From Elsinoe ampelina (lineage: Eukaryota), in NCBI GenBank assembly GCA_010093995.1, contig ML992503.1:347662-411661 (forward strand): 64,000 bases of DNA. The letters are read 5' to 3'. Of the stretch, positions 61,486 to 64,000 are shown in pieces. Position 1 is the first letter of the stretch. Every line of letters begins with the position of its first letter. Position numbers and translations under genes: made by a program. The notes below the pieces were generated by a model that saw only the letters and a list, made by a program, of their open reading frames with translations, was not told where the DNA came from and searched no databases.

Positions 61486-64000
61486 TCAAAATGTCGAGAT
61501 AGCCACGGCAATGACCTGACTGTCCCCATGACTGATGCTGACACTCGTCCCCTTGACCCCAGCCTTATCCGCCGCAGCCTTCGCATTACCCGTCAACTGT
61601 AACTTATTAGCTCTGTCCACACAAGATACTCGAACGTAAAGAAGACTTACCTTGACAGTCGGCGCCCCATTCTCCCCGGCCCCAATCTCAATCTCCTTCA
61701 ACGGCGCCCCGGCACCCTTGCTCTCGACCTTCAAGCTCTTGAACACGGCCTCCTTGGCGGACCAACGGCCTGCGAAACTAGCTTGCGGGTTCGGCGCCTT
61801 GCGGCAGTATGCAATCTCCGCGTCGGTGAAGTTGCGGGAGATGAATGTCTCGTTCTCAATGTTGATGGAGTTGATGTCTTCGATGTCGACGCCGGGGTTG
61901 GAGTTGGCGCCTGAGCCGGCCGAGAGGAGGGAGTTGACAATGTCTGTTGTGGATTTGTCGTTGAGCTTCTTGGGCTCGACGGTGGGGTAGGTGTATTCCT
62001 TGGTCTTCTTGTCGAGGGTGACACGGGCAGAGGGGTTGAGGAAGACCTTGCTCTGTTGGGCGTCTTCGTAAGGAGACTTGGCCTTGGCGCGGAACATGGT
62101 GTTGTTAATAAGGCCGTCGTGGTAGTAGCGGTAGGCCTTCTTTTGACGGGCTTCGACCTTTTGCTTGTAGGTCTGGTACTGTGCGTGGTCGAGGGTGGCG
62201 AAGAGGTACTTGGGATGGATACCGATGGCTTGTGCACCCTTCTGTCCGAAACCGAAAGACGTAACGCTGAAAGCCTTGACGCCATCGGTCTGGATCGAAC
62301 GGGATGGGTAGACGATGTAGTCGAATTTCTCCATGATGGCATCGACGTTGTCGGCGTTGCGGTTGCCAGGTACAAGACCAGAGTTGAGCACTTGAAGACA
62401 TCCGTTGAACATCCATGCACCAGCAGCACCCTTGGGATGACCAGTAAGGTACTTCTGGAAGATACCGAGCAATGCATTACCCTTCTTGCGACCGAGATGC
62501 TGCATTTGTTGGCAAATGACATCCGACTCGTTCTTGTCGTTGGCCTTGGTGGAGGTGCCGTGGAAAGACGCGACACCGAGATCATCGATGGTGAGACCCC
62601 AAGTAGCGAGTGCACCACGAAGAGGGGCAATCTTTGGATCTTGCTTCCAGAAGTTGTTGCCCAGACTGTACAGAGCATCCTTCTCCTGCCTCTTTGCTTC
62701 CAGCTCAATGTGCTTGGCACGATCTTGCATGTAAGCAGATTCGTCGAGATCCGGGTTTTGCTGCTTCGCGGCACTTGCCTCCTCTTGCAAGTACAAGAGT
62801 TCCGACTCTTGCCACTGCTTGATGAAGCGACGGCGGTGATCGAGTTGACGTCGGCGGTATTTGATGTCGAGAAGGGGAGATGGGAATGCCGAAGGTTCCT
62901 CCTTGGCGGTGGTGAGGACACCCTGACCGGGCGCGGGAACAGAGCGGCCAATTTTGTCAGTAGCGGTAGCTGTAAAGCCGAGAACACCGTAAATTGGCAC
63001 ACCCATATCGAGCGCGAGCTGGGCATCCATGATGACCTGCATACCACAACCTTGTGATTCCATGAAACCGTTTCTGGTGGTAGTAGTGGGTCGGGACATT
63101 TCCTTTGGCGTCCTCCCGTGTGCAAACTCGTCCTCCGCATTACTAGTGGCCTTCATGTTGGCGAATTCATACGAGCCTTCCTCCTGGAAATCATCAAAAC
63201 CACCGACGAAGCATACGCGAGCCTTGCCCTCAACGATAGTGTCATATCCAATGTCGATGGACTCGACAGCAGTTGCGCATGCACCTACTGGAGTCTTGAT
63301 CGGCCCAGTCGAGGACATGAGCAGCATGTTGACCCAAGCGCTCATAGTATTGATGAAAGATTCCTGAAGGATGTCTTTCTGGAGAGGCTTGTCGAGGTAG
63401 CGATCCTTATACATGCCACGAAGAGCAGTAGTACCACCGATACCAGACCCGATACAGTTACCGACTTCTGAGATATGCACGTACTTGTAGAACTCGTACG
63501 GGTCAGTGATACCAGAGGAGAGAAGAGCTTCGGCAGTAGAGACGAGGACGTATAGAGTGACAGGATCAACTTGCTCGATAATGTCGTCGGGAACACCGTA
63601 TCGCTTTGCATCCCATCCAGTAGGGATTTGACCAGCAACCAGGCGATCGAAGCGAAGAGCCTTGGGGATGAGTAAAGTGGCGCCCTTCTTGAGCCTGACT
63701 TGAAACTCTCCAGAGTCCTTGATTTCGAAGACCTCGACCTTCTCACCGTGTTGTCGCTTGAATTCCTCAGCAGTCTCCTTTGATGACTCGAACGGGTCGA
63801 GGTCTTCCTCGATCTGAATTTCCTGCAACAGCTGCTTCTTGTTCGGGTCGTAGCCGTTGAACAGTTCAGGCTCGATCAAGCGGATACCAGAGTGCTCGAG
63901 GATTTGCTTCTCATACTTGGACTTGATGTCCTTGTCGTCGACCGGTTCTCCTGATTTGGCATCTACCCAGCCAGAATAGCTCTTGCCCTTGAGAGGACCG
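61486..64000 (-). CDS. FAS2: Fatty acid synthase alpha subunit, 3' part (KS and PPTase domains); gene starts beyond the right edge
   Basis: [12 protein letters not shown] (KS Cys), [31 protein letters not shown]; PPTase GVDIED...[15 protein letters not shown]...VSISH; intron 61597-61650. Confidence 0.97.
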   Translation of the reverse strand, partial: GPLKGKSYSGWVDAKSGEPVDDKDIKSKYEKQILEHSGIRLIEPELFNGYDPNKKQLLQEIQIEEDLDPFESSKETAEEFKRQHGEKVEVFEIKDSGEFQVRLKKGATLLIPKALRFDRLVAGQIPTGWDAKRYGVPDDIIEQVDPVTLYVLVSTAEALLSSGITDPYEFYKYVHISEVGNCIGSGIGGTTALRGMYKDRYLDKPLQKDILQESFINTMSAWVNMLLMSSTGPIKTPVGACATAVESIDIGYDTIVEGKARVCFVGGFDDFQEEGSYEFANMKATSNAEDEFAHGRTPKEMSRPTTTTRNGFMESQGCGMQVIMDAQLALDMGVPIYGVLGFTATATDKIGRSVPAPGQGVLTTAKEEPSAFPSPLLDIKYRRRQLDHRRRFIKQWQESELLYLQEEASAAKQQNPDLDESAYMQDRAKHIELEAKRQEKDALYSLGNNFWKQDPKIAPLRGALATWGLTIDDLGVASFHGTSTKANDKNESDVICQQMQHLGRKKGNALLGIFQKYLTGHPKGAAGAWMFNGCLQVLNSGLVPGNRNADNVDAIMEKFDYIVYPSRSIQTDGVKAFSVTSFGFGQKGAQAIGIHPKYLFATLDHAQYQTYKQKVEARQKKAYRYYHDGLINNTMFRAKAKSPYEDAQQSKVFLNPSARVTLDKKTKEYTYPTVEPKKLNDKSTTDIVNSLLSAGSGANSNPGVDIEDINSINIENETFISRNFTDAEIAYCRKAPNPQASFAGRWSAKEAVFKSLKVESKGAGAPLKEIEIGAGENGAPTVKVSLLYVRVSCVDRANKLQLTGNAKAAADKAGVKGTSVSISHGDSQVIAVAISTF

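Noticed and set aside
3538..61650. Several short in-frame stop-free introns (sugar porter, DNM1, LRG1, FAS2)
   Set aside because: Number is roughly what chance gives for about 38 introns of about 50 nt; they only explain insertions in the ORF-track proteins.
61731..63140. 469-aa alternative-frame ORF and 333-aa antisense ORF within FAS2
   Set aside because: Expected from strong codon bias in a conserved gene; no protein-like motifs.
61486..64000. Secondary-metabolite FAS cluster
   Set aside because: Looks like the housekeeping FAS alpha subunit; no PKS, NRPS or tailoring genes nearby in this window.
1..64000. tRNA, rRNA, CRISPR arrays, intact transposons or RIP-type AT-rich blocks
   Set aside because: None recognisable by eye; covariance-model searches would be needed to exclude small ncRNAs.

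Overview
Eukaryotic, intron-rich, gene-dense DNA from a filamentous ascomycete; the intron style suggests a Dothideomycete, which is inference only. About 25 protein-coding loci. Recognisable housekeeping genes: PEX6 (partial), DNM1, ATP synthase subunit e, RPF2, MTD1, MMS19, LRG1, RPB4, RIM15, Vip1-like and FAS2 (partial). Also a divergent sugar-porter/Zn2Cys6 pair, a lipase, an isochorismatase-family hydrolase, an MFS transporter and a TMEM135-like protein. Two patches look accessory or decaying: about 29.9-32.3 kb (tandem GFA-like gene missing Cys ligands, PEBP pseudogene) and about 53.7-61.3 kb (atypical kinase, orphans, a gene with one in-frame TGA). The most unusual signals are recurrent local C-rich to G-rich skew switches, a spaced inverted-repeat array CTGGTAGT-N15-ACTACCAG beside an orphan start codon, an RRM protein with two 7-Cys metallothionein-like modules, and frequent AAG splice acceptors. 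No rRNA, tRNA, CRISPR array or intact transposon was seen. All calls come from manual motif recognition without database searches; exon boundaries are manual predictions.
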